64,000 bases of DNA, from assembly GCA_041671325.1 (NCBI GenBank), contig JBAZBR010000002.1, positions 73,978-137,977 of the forward strand. Reading direction: 5' to 3'. Made by a program: the position numbers and the translations under genes. This DNA comes from Patescibacteria group bacterium. Lineage in GTDB: Bacteria > Patescibacteriota > Patescibacteriia > PEXW01. Below the pieces are notes generated by a model. It was not told the origin of the DNA, did not search any database, and saw only the letters and a list, made by a program, of their open reading frames with translations. Shown in pieces: positions 50,221-59,049 of this stretch; positions within the stretch are counted from its first letter, which is position 1; the number at the start of each line of letters is the position of its first letter.

Positions 50221-50955
50221 ATGAGGAAAATTAAAATCGAAAAATTTGAAGGCCCTTTAGACCTCCTGCTCCAGCTGATAGAGCAGGAAGAATTGGATAT
50301 TTCGCAAGTAGCTTTAGCCCAGGTTACGGAACAGTATTTGCAGGCCTTGGATAATGCCGAAGTCTTTTCTGCGGAAGAATTGGCGGATTTCCTGGTGGTT
50401 GCGGCCAAACTATTGTTAATAAAATCAAGGATTCTTTTGCCTGAACTGGCTATAGAAGGGGCGGAAGAAGCTCTGGATCTGGAAAAACAGCTGAAAATTT
50501 TTAAGGAATATTTGGAAGCCTCCAAAAATATCGCTAAAATAATCCATAAGCGGAGGTTCACTTTTGGCCGCGGCAAGCCCGCCGTGGTAATTGAAAAGAA
50601 GTTTTCCCCACCGGAAAAAGTCACGGGTGAAAAGCTAAAAGCGCTATTTCTTGGAGTGCTTAAGGAAATTGAATTAGTGGTCAGCCTGCCCAAAGCCATG
50701 GTGGAAAAGACTGTTTCAATTTCGGAAAAAATTGAGATAATCCGTGCTATAATTTTGGATAAGGCTTTGGTTTCTTTCAAATCGATTATCAAGGATGCCA
50801 AAACTAAAACTGACGTGATTGTTTCTTTCCTAGCGCTTTTAGAATTAGTTAAGCAAAGGACTATTTTAGTCAAACAGTCAAAAATGTTCCAGGATATTGA
50901 GATTGTCAGGATAGATAATTCGAATAATAATTCAAATACTCATGTTGAAGAATAA
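50221..50955 (+). CDS. scpA: Segregation/condensation protein A
   Basis: FEGPLDLLLQLI, LLIKSRILLP, FLALLELVK. Confidence 0.95.
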   Translation: MRKIKIEKFEGPLDLLLQLIEQEELDISQVALAQVTEQYLQALDNAEVFSAEELADFLVVAAKLLLIKSRILLPELAIEGAEEALDLEKQLKIFKEYLEASKNIAKIIHKRRFTFGRGKPAVVIEKKFSPPEKVTGEKLKALFLGVLKEIELVVSLPKAMVEKTVSISEKIEIIRAIILDKALVSFKSIIKDAKTKTDVIVSFLALLELVKQRTILVKQSKMFQDIEIVRIDNSNNNSNTHVEE

Positions 50956-51508
50956 AATTGAAACCTTGTTATTTTTGGCCGGCCGGCCAATGTCGGTGAA
51001 AAAAATTGCGGAAATTACTAAAGCTTCGAACGCTGAAGTCAAACAGGCTATGGATGAATTAATCAAGGATTATGAAGATAAAAAGGGCGGGCTCTTAATC
51101 CAAAAAGCCGGTGACAGTTACCAGATGGTTTCACATCCAGACTTAAAAAGTTTAGCCCAAGCTTTTGTAAAAGAAGAAGTTTCTGGCGAATTGACCAAAC
51201 CCAGCTTGGAAGCTTTGACTATCGTAGCCTATCGCGGTCCGGTTTCCAAGGCGGAATTGGAGCAAATCCGGGGCGTGAATTGCAGTTTGATCTTGAGGAA
51301 CTTAATGATTCGCGGCTTAGTTGAAGCTGACTATGATAAGATCCGGGCGGTGACAGTCTATAATGTCACTTTGGATTTTGTCAGGTTTTTAGGCTTGGCC
51401 AGGGTAGAAGAATTGCCTGATTACGCTAAACTCCATGATCATGAAACTTTGTTAAAATTATTAAATCCAGATGCCGCCCAAGAAGAAACCAAAATCGAAA
51501 GTGTCTAA
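50942..51508 (+). CDS. scpB: Segregation/condensation protein B
   Basis: LEALTIVAYRGPVSKAELEQIRGVN, ELP. Confidence 0.95.
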   Translation: MLKNKIETLLFLAGRPMSVKKIAEITKASNAEVKQAMDELIKDYEDKKGGLLIQKAGDSYQMVSHPDLKSLAQAFVKEEVSGELTKPSLEALTIVAYRGPVSKAELEQIRGVNCSLILRNLMIRGLVEADYDKIRAVTVYNVTLDFVRFLGLARVEELPDYAKLHDHETLLKLLNPDAAQEETKIESV

Positions 51509-52490
51509 AACCAAAAAAACCAGCAGAAAAAATTGGATTTTAGCTAGTGCCATGTTTTTTATTTATGGCGGCGCAATCATCGCCTGTGTGGCCATGACAT
51601 TTTTTTACTATACCTATCCGGCCGCAAAAAATTCCAGACAAGCCTTGGTAGCCGGGGAAAACTCAGTGCTTTGGTATAAGCCGGTTTTAAAAAGCAGCAC
51701 TTTTTTGAATCCCCAAGTTTCGGCTGAAGCAGGGATTTTGATTGACGCAGATTCGGCAGAAATTTTGTGGGCTAAAAACCAAAACCAACCCAGGCCCGTA
51801 GCCAGTTTAACTAAGCTAGTCACAGCCTTGGCTTTTTTAAAAACCAATCCCAACCTCCAGGAATTTTTCAAAGTCCCAAGTAATTTCAATAATGATGGCA
51901 AAGAACTGGTCGAACCAGGGGATAGCATCAGTACTTTGAAATTAATGCCTGGCGATAAAATTACATACAAGGATTTATTGTTCAGCGCCTTGATAAGTTC
52001 AGCTAATAATTCGGCCTTGGCTCTGGCCAACAAGGTCGGTGAGGGAAATTATTTAGCAAACCAACTTACAGCATTTGCCCAGAATTCTGGCGCGATCAAC
52101 GCAAATTTTAATGAAGGTTCTGGTTTAGATTCAGGCGATATCGCCTCAGCCATGGACATGGCAATCCTTTTGAACGTTGCCTTAAAAAATGAAATTATCA
52201 GCCAGGCCTTAAGCTTGCCGACTTATTCTTTTCAAACCCAAAATGGTCAGAGGAAAACCGCGGTCAATACCGATAAATTATTGAATTCTGATGGTTACCA
52301 GGTTCTTGGCGGTAAAACCGGTTATTTAGAAGAGGCCGGTTATAATTTGGCAATCAAGGCAGAGAAAAACGGCCATAATCTAATTTTGGTCTTACTCGGT
52401 TGCCCGACCTCTGATGACCGTTTTGCCGGGGCAGATAGTTTGTTAAAGTGGGGATTTGATGGCCACAACTGGCTTGCCCAAAGGCAGTAA
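51471..52490 (+). CDS. D-alanyl-D-alanine carboxypeptidase (peptidase S11)
   Basis: ASLTK (SxxK), SAN (SxN), GGKTG. Confidence 0.9.
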   Translation: MPPKKKPKSKVSKTKKTSRKNWILASAMFFIYGGAIIACVAMTFFYYTYPAAKNSRQALVAGENSVLWYKPVLKSSTFLNPQVSAEAGILIDADSAEILWAKNQNQPRPVASLTKLVTALAFLKTNPNLQEFFKVPSNFNNDGKELVEPGDSISTLKLMPGDKITYKDLLFSALISSANNSALALANKVGEGNYLANQLTAFAQNSGAINANFNEGSGLDSGDIASAMDMAILLNVALKNEIISQALSLPTYSFQTQNGQRKTAVNTDKLLNSDGYQVLGGKTGYLEEAGYNLAIKAEKNGHNLILVLLGCPTSDDRFAGADSLLKWGFDGHNWLAQRQ

Positions 52491-52531
52491 AATCAATGGT
52501 AAAATAAGCAATTTTGCAGTATGCTAAAAGC

Positions 52532-53281
52532 ATGAAGCCTATTGTAATTGCAAACTGGAAAATGAATTTGACCGGCCATGAGGCTTTGGCTTTTCTTGAA
52601 GTTTTTTTGAAAAAGCAAGAGGTTTTAAAACTGGCTGAAGTGGTAATTTGCCCGGCCGCCCCAGTTTTGGAGGTTGTGGCAAAAAGATTAAAAAATACCT
52701 CAATTTACTGGGGGGCCCAAAACGCCCATTGGGAAGAGCATGGAGCTTTCACCGGTGAAATTTCCATGGAAATGTTAGCGGATTTGGAATGCCGCCTGGT
52801 CCTTTGCGGACATTCGGAAAGAAGAAAATGGTTTAAGGAAACAGATTTTGAAATTGCCAGGAAAGTTGAACAGGCTTTGGCTCATGGCTTAACCCCAGTA
52901 TTATGCGTGGGCGAAACTTTTGATGAAAGGCAGAAACAAAAACAGGAAGTGGTGGTTATGGAACAAGTCAGGAAAGGCACGGAATTGTTAAAAGCTTTTC
53001 CTTCCTTGTCTTTAATCATCGCTTATGAACCAAGATGGGCTATTGGCACAGGTCAAGCTATTGAACCAGAACAGGCTTGGGGCATGGCCAGGGTAATTCG
53101 CAGCACTTTGAGGGAAGTCTTGCCCACTGGCGCAGAAAGCATACCCATCATCTATGGCGGCAGCGTGAACGAGCTGAATGTGGCAAATTTTGTGGATAAT
53201 GAAATCATTTCTGGGGTTTTGGTTGGCGGGGCTAGTTTAGATCCGGAAAAATTTCACCAATTAATCGCGCAATTAATTTAA
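52532..53281 (+). CDS. tpiA: Triosephosphate isomerase
   Basis: ANWKMN, GHSERR, AYEPRWAIGTG, YGGSV, LVGGASL. Confidence 0.97.
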   Translation: MKPIVIANWKMNLTGHEALAFLEVFLKKQEVLKLAEVVICPAAPVLEVVAKRLKNTSIYWGAQNAHWEEHGAFTGEISMEMLADLECRLVLCGHSERRKWFKETDFEIARKVEQALAHGLTPVLCVGETFDERQKQKQEVVVMEQVRKGTELLKAFPSLSLIIAYEPRWAIGTGQAIEPEQAWGMARVIRSTLREVLPTGAESIPIIYGGSVNELNVANFVDNEIISGVLVGGASLDPEKFHQLIAQLI

Positions 53282-53286
53282 AAAAT

Positions 53287-54159
53287 ATGCTTACTCATAT
53301 CCGTGAATTAATGAAAGATGCCATTGAAAAAAATTATGCTATTGGCGCCTTCAATGTCGAAAATCTGGAAACTACCCTGGGTATAGTCCGGGCGGCAGTC
53401 AAGGAAAAGTCGCCCATTATCTTGCAAGTTTCAGAAAGGACAATTGAATATGCAGGCTTAAAAGCCATAACGACAATTGTGGAATGTATTGCCAGGGATG
53501 AAGCTGGCAACATCCCCATTGCCCTGCATCTGGATCATGGCCGATCCTTCCGGTCGGTTGCCGAATGCATTGGGGCCGGGTTTTCCTCTATTATGATTGA
53601 CGCTTCGGAAATGCCTTTGCAGGAAAATATAATTTTGACCAAGCAGGCGGTTGATTATGCACACCGGAAAGATGTTTGGGCCCAAGGCGAGCTTGGCACG
53701 GTGAAAGCTTTGGAAGAGGCCATGACTATGGAACAAAGAAAGCCTTTCATGACTAAGCCAGAGGAAGCCAAAGAATTTGTCCAAAAGACCGGGGTAGACA
53801 CTTTGGCGGTGGCAGTGGGCAACATCCATGGCGTGGTCAAAATGCGCAAAGGCACCAGCCAAGAGTTGGATTTAGAAAGACTCGGGGAAATACACCTGGC
53901 TTTGCCGAATATACCTTTGGTTTTGCATGGCGCTTCGGGTTTAGGCCAGACCCAACTGGATAAGGGTATGGAAAATGGGATTAGGATTATTAATATGAAT
54001 ACCGAGCTTAAATTAGCCTTTGTCGGGGCTTTGCGCACGCATTTGTTAGGGGATCCAGACGCTTATGATCCCAGGTTTGTCTTCAAGCCCGCCATAGAGG
54101 CTTTGTCAGAACTGGTGGCTAAAAAACTCAAAACCTTGGGCAGCAGTAAAAAAGCTTAA
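53287..54159 (+). CDS. fba: Class II fructose-bisphosphate aldolase
   Basis: LHLDHG, MIDAS, GNIHG, LVLHGASG. Confidence 0.93.
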   Translation: MLTHIRELMKDAIEKNYAIGAFNVENLETTLGIVRAAVKEKSPIILQVSERTIEYAGLKAITTIVECIARDEAGNIPIALHLDHGRSFRSVAECIGAGFSSIMIDASEMPLQENIILTKQAVDYAHRKDVWAQGELGTVKALEEAMTMEQRKPFMTKPEEAKEFVQKTGVDTLAVAVGNIHGVVKMRKGTSQELDLERLGEIHLALPNIPLVLHGASGLGQTQLDKGMENGIRIINMNTELKLAFVGALRTHLLGDPDAYDPRFVFKPAIEALSELVAKKLKTLGSSKKA

Positions 54160-54185
54160 AATAACCAATTAATTTTATTAAAAAT

Positions 54186-55193
54186 ATGGCAGTAAAAATT
54201 GCAATCAACGGGTTTGGCCGCATCGGCCGCATGGCCGTAAGGGCGGGCTTAAACAACCCCAAAATTTCCTTTGTGGCAGTAAACGATCTGACTGATGTAA
54301 AGACTAATGCTCATTTGTTAAAATACGATTCTGTCCACGGGATCTTAAAAGAAGAGGTAAAGGTTGTTGGCAATACCATTCAAGTCGGCAAGCACACCAT
54401 GCAGGTTTTTGCCGAAAAGGATCCCAGTAAACTGCCGTGGAAACAATTAGGTGTGGATGTGGTCTTGGAATGCACCGGGGTGTTTACCAAAAAAGAACAG
54501 GCAAAAATCCATATTCAAGCGGGAGCGAAAAAGGTCATAATTTCCGCACCCGCCAATGATGCGGATGCCACCGTGGTTTTAGGGGTTAATGAGCAGGTTT
54601 TGAATGACAAATGCGAAGTGATTTCCAATGCTTCTTGTACTACTAATTCGCTTTCACCCGTGGCTTTGGTTATGGAAAAAACTTTTGGCATTGAACGGGG
54701 CATGATGAATACCATCCATTCTTATACCAACGACCAGAGGATTTTGGATTTGCCGCACAAAGATTTGCGCCGAGCTAGGTCTGCAGCCTTATCAATCATT
54801 CCAACCACCACCGGTGCTACCAAAGCAGCAGCAAAGACCGTGCCAGCCTTGAAAGACAAAATGCAAGGCGTTTCTTTGCGCGTACCCACGCCTTGCGGTT
54901 CCATAACGGATTTTGTTTTCATCGCCAAAAAATCCCCTAAAGATGAAGCTGAAGTTAATGCCGCTTTGAAAAAAGCCGCTGAAACTTATTTAAAAAATAT
55001 CCTAGAATATTCCGAAGAGCCTTTAGTTTCTCACGATATTATTGATAACCCGCATTCTTCAATAATCGATGGGCTTTCCACCCAGGTGAACGGCAACATG
55101 GTCAGGGTTTTGGCTTGGTATGACAATGAATGGGGTTATTCCTGCCGTTTGGTGGAATTAGCCGTGAAGTTAAAAAATATAGGCATTAAATAA
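54186..55193 (+). CDS. gap: Glyceraldehyde-3-phosphate dehydrogenase type I
   Basis: INGFGRIGR, SNASCTTN, WYDNEWGY. Confidence 0.98.
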   Translation: MAVKIAINGFGRIGRMAVRAGLNNPKISFVAVNDLTDVKTNAHLLKYDSVHGILKEEVKVVGNTIQVGKHTMQVFAEKDPSKLPWKQLGVDVVLECTGVFTKKEQAKIHIQAGAKKVIISAPANDADATVVLGVNEQVLNDKCEVISNASCTTNSLSPVALVMEKTFGIERGMMNTIHSYTNDQRILDLPHKDLRRARSAALSIIPTTTGATKAAAKTVPALKDKMQGVSLRVPTPCGSITDFVFIAKKSPKDEAEVNAALKKAAETYLKNILEYSEEPLVSHDIIDNPHSSIIDGLSTQVNGNMVRVLAWYDNEWGYSCRLVELAVKLKNIGIK

Positions 55194-55200
55194 AATATAA

Positions 55201-55225
55201 CAGGGATCCTCTGTGAGGATCCCTG
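55201..55225. terminator. Hairpin after gap
   Basis: CAGGGATCCTC-TGT-GAGGATCCCTG. Confidence 0.55.
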
Positions 55226-55248
55226 AGGGTTTAAAACCCTGGTCGCTA

Positions 55249-55419
55249 TTATTCGATCGGCCTTTTGAGGATAAGCGTATTAACGCGGTGCGTTTCCAGG
55301 CTTGTTCCCGTTATTGAGCCACAAACTTCCCAGCCTTGTTGCCCCAATTCATTTAGTTTCGTTAAGTCGTGATCTCTGTCGCTACCATACGCAAACACAT
55401 CGTATTGCCATTTTTGCAT
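55249..55419 (-). CDS. DUF4177-like small protein
   Basis: MQKWQY...LNELGQQGWEV...ILKRP; GAGG SD. Confidence 0.75.
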   Translation of the reverse strand: MQKWQYDVFAYGSDRDHDLTKLNELGQQGWEVCGSITGTSLETHRVNTLILKRPIE

Positions 55420-55500
55420 AATTACCTCGCGGTTAAAGGGTTTAAAAGTGCAATACATTATTGTACTTTTTCCAGAGTTTTTGTCAACTGATAAGAACTA

Positions 55501-55668
55501 CTATATTAAAAAAGCGCTTGGGTTTAAGCCAAGCACGACAGCACCAAACATGTCTATGTTTTCACGGATGTATGCCAGCCGCATGAAATATCCGGCGAGC
55601 AGCGTTGCCCCGATAAATAATATCCAAGAGCCAATAACGACCTTGTGGCACATAAACCAGGATTTCAT
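55501..55668 (-). CDS. Small membrane protein (55 aa)
   Basis: AAGGAG SD; MKSWFMCHKVVIGSWILFIGATLLAGYF...; absent from ORF track. Confidence 0.5.
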   Translation of the reverse strand: MKSWFMCHKVVIGSWILFIGATLLAGYFMRLAYIRENIDMFGAVVLGLNPSAFLI

Positions 55669-55923
55669 GATTACTCTCCTTTGTATTGTTAAAACAGCAC
55701 CTTGTTTATTTTCGATGAAAATCTAAATAGACAGCATAGATTATTACAGATTAGTATAATTGTCAAGATAACAGGGTTTGCGTTACGAACTTTACAAAAG
55801 TTTCATATTATGATAAGTTTCTTTTGTACAGAGGTAAACTCATGTACAAATATAGATCTAAAAAATATAGTCGAATTTTTTACAGATGCTATATACAATT
55901 AGATCAATTTCACAAATTCTTAT

Positions 55924-56121
55924 ATGCAAGGAAAAATTAAAAATTTGACTGACAAAAACTTTGGCTTTATCACGGCAGAAGGCCAGGATAAAGAATTGTT
56001 TTTTCATGCTAATGAGTTAGTGGGTGTAGCCTTCAGTGATTTACAAGTTGGCGATGCAGTCAGCTTTGAACTCACCGACACGCCTAAAGGCCCAGCAGCA
56101 GTCAAGGTCAGCAAAGTCTAA
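55924..56121 (+). CDS. Cold-shock domain protein
   Basis: KNFGFI, LFFHAN, KGPAAVKV. Confidence 0.95.
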   Translation: MQGKIKNLTDKNFGFITAEGQDKELFFHANELVGVAFSDLQVGDAVSFELTDTPKGPAAVKVSKV

Positions 56122-56194
56122 ATTCAGTATTTAGCCAAAAAGTACTCACTAAACCTGAGTGCTTTTTTAGTTAAGTTTTTTCTATTAAGATATC

Positions 56195-56334
56195 CAGCGC
56201 AAACGAGGAGCGCATCCCGAGTTTGCCGAGGGAGAGCACGCGTTTGCGCTGAAAAGCGAGGCTTCGCACGAAGAGCGGAGTTTTTCGTGTTTACGCGAAA
56301 ACGTAGCTCGAAGTGCGAAACGAGCTGGTAGCCC
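56195..56334. repeat. Structured tRNA-adjacent element B
   Basis: Same architecture as 35658-35786, ending at TGGTAGCCC (tRNA 3'-end-like). Confidence 0.6.
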
Positions 56335-56472
56335 ACTCCGGTCTTGGAACAAGACTCTAAGGGTATTGTAAGGCTTTCTCGGGCTACTTTAGATAGATTT
56401 AAGTCTCTCGGTCGGGGCTTTTTTTTAAGAATGAGACAAATGAGACACTACAAACCAGATTTGGTACCTGTC

Positions 56473-57027
56473 TCATTCTTCAATCATATTAGCGCTTCCG
56501 GACAATTTATAAGGGTCATTCGTTAACGCCCACCAGAGCGATGTATTGATAATATCAGGCTCACCATTTTCATCTAAATCTCGAATTTGTAGCGTGCGAT
56601 CAACCAACTCGACCCATTGCCACTTACCCGGGCTAAAAATATATCCAGCATAATCAAAATTGACACTGGAAGGTAGTTCTGCAAGCTTCACTTCACCATT
56701 TTCTTTATGCACCTCTGTCATGCCGAGAACTGAAATAATTCCGTTAGGATCATCCGGTTGCGTAAATGGATCACTCTCTGGAGCTAATTTTGAATATGCA
56801 TAGAATTTAAACATACCTGCGAATGCATCATTTACTTGGTAATAAACAGCTAGTACTCCAGTTACAAAACCAAAAAAAGCGAACAAAGAAATAACCGCAA
56901 GCGTTATTCGCCTCCAAGGAGTTGTCTTCATTTTTACGAAAAACCAAATTAACCCTACTAATCCAATCACGATAAGTGGGATAATAAAGTAAAAGGTTGT
57001 CGTGTTAATATCAAATTGTGGATCCAT
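56473..57027 (-). CDS. Membrane-anchored hypothetical protein
   Basis: Two N-terminal TM segments; DLDENGEPDII (DxDxDG-like). Confidence 0.7.
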   Translation of the reverse strand: MDPQFDINTTTFYFIIPLIVIGLVGLIWFFVKMKTTPWRRITLAVISLFAFFGFVTGVLAVYYQVNDAFAGMFKFYAYSKLAPESDPFTQPDDPNGIISVLGMTEVHKENGEVKLAELPSSVNFDYAGYIFSPGKWQWVELVDRTLQIRDLDENGEPDIINTSLWWALTNDPYKLSGSANMIEE

Positions 57028-57112
57028 AGAAAGTTTCTTAATATTTATATTATATCAAAAAAAGAAGCTCTGGCAAGAGAGTCGCCAGAGCTTTATTGCG
57101 TCAGATTACCAG

Positions 57113-57601
57113 CTACGGGCAGCTACCCTGCCAAGGCGAGGGTTCGCCTACGCTGTTGAACTGGAGACAACCCAGGTGCGTCGATCCACTGATACATTTC
57201 GACGGCCAGGTATGCGATTGAATACCCACAAAATTGTTCCATACATTTGCGATGTATCCGCAACCGGCAGGCAGTCCGCTAATGGAGACATATCTGTACC
57301 CGCCAGGCAAGGTCATGGTAGTGCTCTGCCACCAGACATAGCCATTCTGCTGAACCTGGAAGGTCCAGTAGCCCAGGTTGGACGGACCCCGGACCGAAAA
57401 AGTTGCGGTCGCGGTAGAAAGCGCCATATTCGGTGATCCCTTTTCGTCGCCAGTAATGGTCACAACGAGCGTATCGCCCTTCACCGCCGTTGTATACGAC
57501 GAAGTCGGATTGGACTGCTGGTCAGCATTCTCGGAACAGCCGATGAAGGCGAGAACCAAGAAAAGCGACAGCAAGGTGAGAAGAGTTTTCTTCAAAGTCA
57601 C
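57113..57601 (-). CDS. Putative lipoprotein
   Basis: AAGGAG SD, GTG start, signal peptide ending LAFIG-C. Confidence 0.7.
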   Translation of the reverse strand: MTLKKTLLTLLSLFLVLAFIGCSENADQQSNPTSSYTTAVKGDTLVVTITGDEKGSPNMALSTATATFSVRGPSNLGYWTFQVQQNGYVWWQSTTMTLPGGYRYVSISGLPAGCGYIANVWNNFVGIQSHTWPSKCISGSTHLGCLQFNSVGEPSPWQGSCP

Positions 57602-57763
57602 TTTGTGACTCCTTTTTTGAGGTTTTAGATTAACAACTGTCTAAAAAGGTTACTTATCGATAAGACCCCCTTTCATTTTGAAGGAACAATAATACCCAAT
57701 TGGTAAATTGGGGCAAAAAACAATGAGCTTTGGCTCATCTAGCTCAAGTATACATACCTATGA

Positions 57764-57925
57764 AAATATTGCAAGGCTCAAGAGGTATCCAATGAGTCTG
57801 AAATTAATATTCGAAAGTATGCAAAACATCTTCTCAGAGAGAGAAGCATCACAGAAAAAAGAAAACTACTCGCGAATTTACGGAGTAGGTTGGTGTATCA
57901 GGATAAGAAAATTATGTTAGTATAA
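57764..57925 (+). pseudogene. Probable C-terminal remnant of a serine recombinase
   Basis: Startless frame EINIRKYAKHLLRERSITEKRKLLANLRSRLVYQDKKIML*; resembles tails of CPR tRNA-linked recombinases (recognition only). Confidence 0.45.
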
Positions 57926-58056
57926 ATTAATTTTTTAAACTGGTACCTCAATTACGCCTAGGGATGAATCTTGAGTTCGAACTACACTCTGCTCACAGGC
58001 AAAACTGGAGAATGACAATAAGAGCGTGAATGTAAAACGCGGACTGCGGACTAGGT

Positions 58057-58251
58057 GCGAAAAAGGTCGCGGCCAAAGAAATCTTTGGCTCGAACCTCGT
58101 TCTGGCTTTCGGGAAAGTCCGCCCTGTTCTAAATTTTCGCCCACAAAGACACTGGTTTGCCATACCCAGCGCCAGAGAAAAAATCGGTCAAATTTCTGAT
58201 TGTCAGATGTTGGTACCGCCACCGGGATTTGAACCCGGGTTACCAGGATGA
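58057..58251 (+). pseudogene. Second probable recombinase C-terminal remnant reading into tRNA-Glu
   Basis: AKKVAAKEIFGSNLVL...LVPPPGFEPGLPG*, ends antisense inside the tRNA. Confidence 0.45.
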
Positions 58252-58288
58252 GAACCTGGCGTCCTAGACCGAACTAGACGATAGCGGC
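58211..58288 (-). tRNA. tRNA-Glu(CTC)
   Basis: GCCGCTATCGTCTAGTTCGGTCTAGGACG-CCAGG-TTCTCAT-CCTGG...GGTTCAAATCC...GGCGGTACCA. Confidence 0.95.
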
Positions 58289-58521
58289 ATGGTCTTTAAT
58301 GAGTTTTCTAAGTAATCCTGATTTCTTGATTTGTATTTCCCTTTTTAGAGCTTGGATTTTTAAAGCTAATGTTCAGTTTTGATAATACCATAAGGAATGT
58401 ACGCTTTTGTTGATTTAACTTTTCCTTTATTGTGTTCATTAAAGCGCCTTTGGATATTATCAGTAACGCCAATGTACAATCTGTTAAATTTCGGACTTCT
58501 CAAAATGTAAAGATAAAACAT
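58274..58521 (-). pseudogene. GIY-YIG endonuclease, single frameshift
   Basis: MFYLYILRS....RLYIGVTDNIQRRFNEHNKG..KSTKAY, then a shifted frame ALKREIQIKK...HAAIV* stopping inside tRNA-Glu. Confidence 0.85.
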
Positions 58522-58535
58522 AGGTTTGAATGATA

Positions 58536-58630
58536 CCCGGCAGAGCCGGGTCCGGCTTTGCCGGAAGAACCAAGTGTCCTAGCCGCTTCAGGCATAGCTT
58601 GATCCGGCACTGCCGGAAGACGATGGCGCC
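58536..58630 (-). pseudogene. tRNA-Glu 5' half interrupted by two 30-nt double-palindrome inserts
   Basis: GGCGCCATCGTCT[30 nt]AGCGGCTAGGACACTTGGTTCT[30 nt]. Confidence 0.75.
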
Positions 58631-58638
58631 ATAAGTTT

Positions 58639-58667
58639 AAGTTATATTTTGTTTGTATCCATGTCAA
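58639..58667 (-). promoter_or_regulatory. Promoter of the tRNA-Glu/GIY-YIG unit
   Basis: TTGACA-17 bp-TAACTT, 8 nt upstream of the tRNA 5' half. Confidence 0.6.
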
Positions 58668-58773
58668 TTTTTTACCCTATTGACAGATAATTGCTGGGGT
58701 ATTAGTCAAGTGTTATTCTAAGCAACAGTTGGTTTTTTGTTTTAAACATTAGCTTTAGGAAAGGCAGGCCAAA

Positions 58774-58947
58774 ATGTCTGATGGAAAAAAGACAAAAAAG
58801 GCTCCTTCTGAAGCATTTCCGATTCAGTTGCCCGTGGTGGATTTTTCAATCTTGGGTCCGCCCTGCCAAATGTGTGGCGACACTGGGGCTAATGCCTTGA
58901 ATAATGGCGAACCATGTGTCTGTCAAATCGGCAGAAAGAAAGACTGA
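58774..58947 (+). CDS. Small zinc-finger protein (57 aa)
   Basis: CQMCGDTG...PCVC; purine-rich SD; followed by terminator hairpin. Confidence 0.55.
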   Translation: MSDGKKTKKAPSEAFPIQLPVVDFSILGPPCQMCGDTGANALNNGEPCVCQIGRKKD

Positions 58948-58995
58948 ATCCAGGAAAAAGAAATGAGCGTTCTGTAAAGGGGCGCTCTTTTCCTC

Positions 58996-59020
58996 AATTA
59001 AAAACTGACCCCCGTGAAAA
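58996..59020 (+). repeat. 25-bp direct repeat, copy 1
   Basis: AATTAAAAACTGACCCCCGTGAAAA identical to 60075-60099. Confidence 0.9.
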
Positions 59021-59049
59021 ATCATCGGAATATTTTTATTTAATAGTGC

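Noticed and set aside
11482-54928. Numerous antisense ORFs over conserved genes
   Set aside because: Shadow frames of well-identified genes, with no independent motifs.
55822-55910. Hairpins in the cold-shock gene 5' UTR
   Set aside because: Structured csp leaders are expected, and pairing here is AT-rich and weak.
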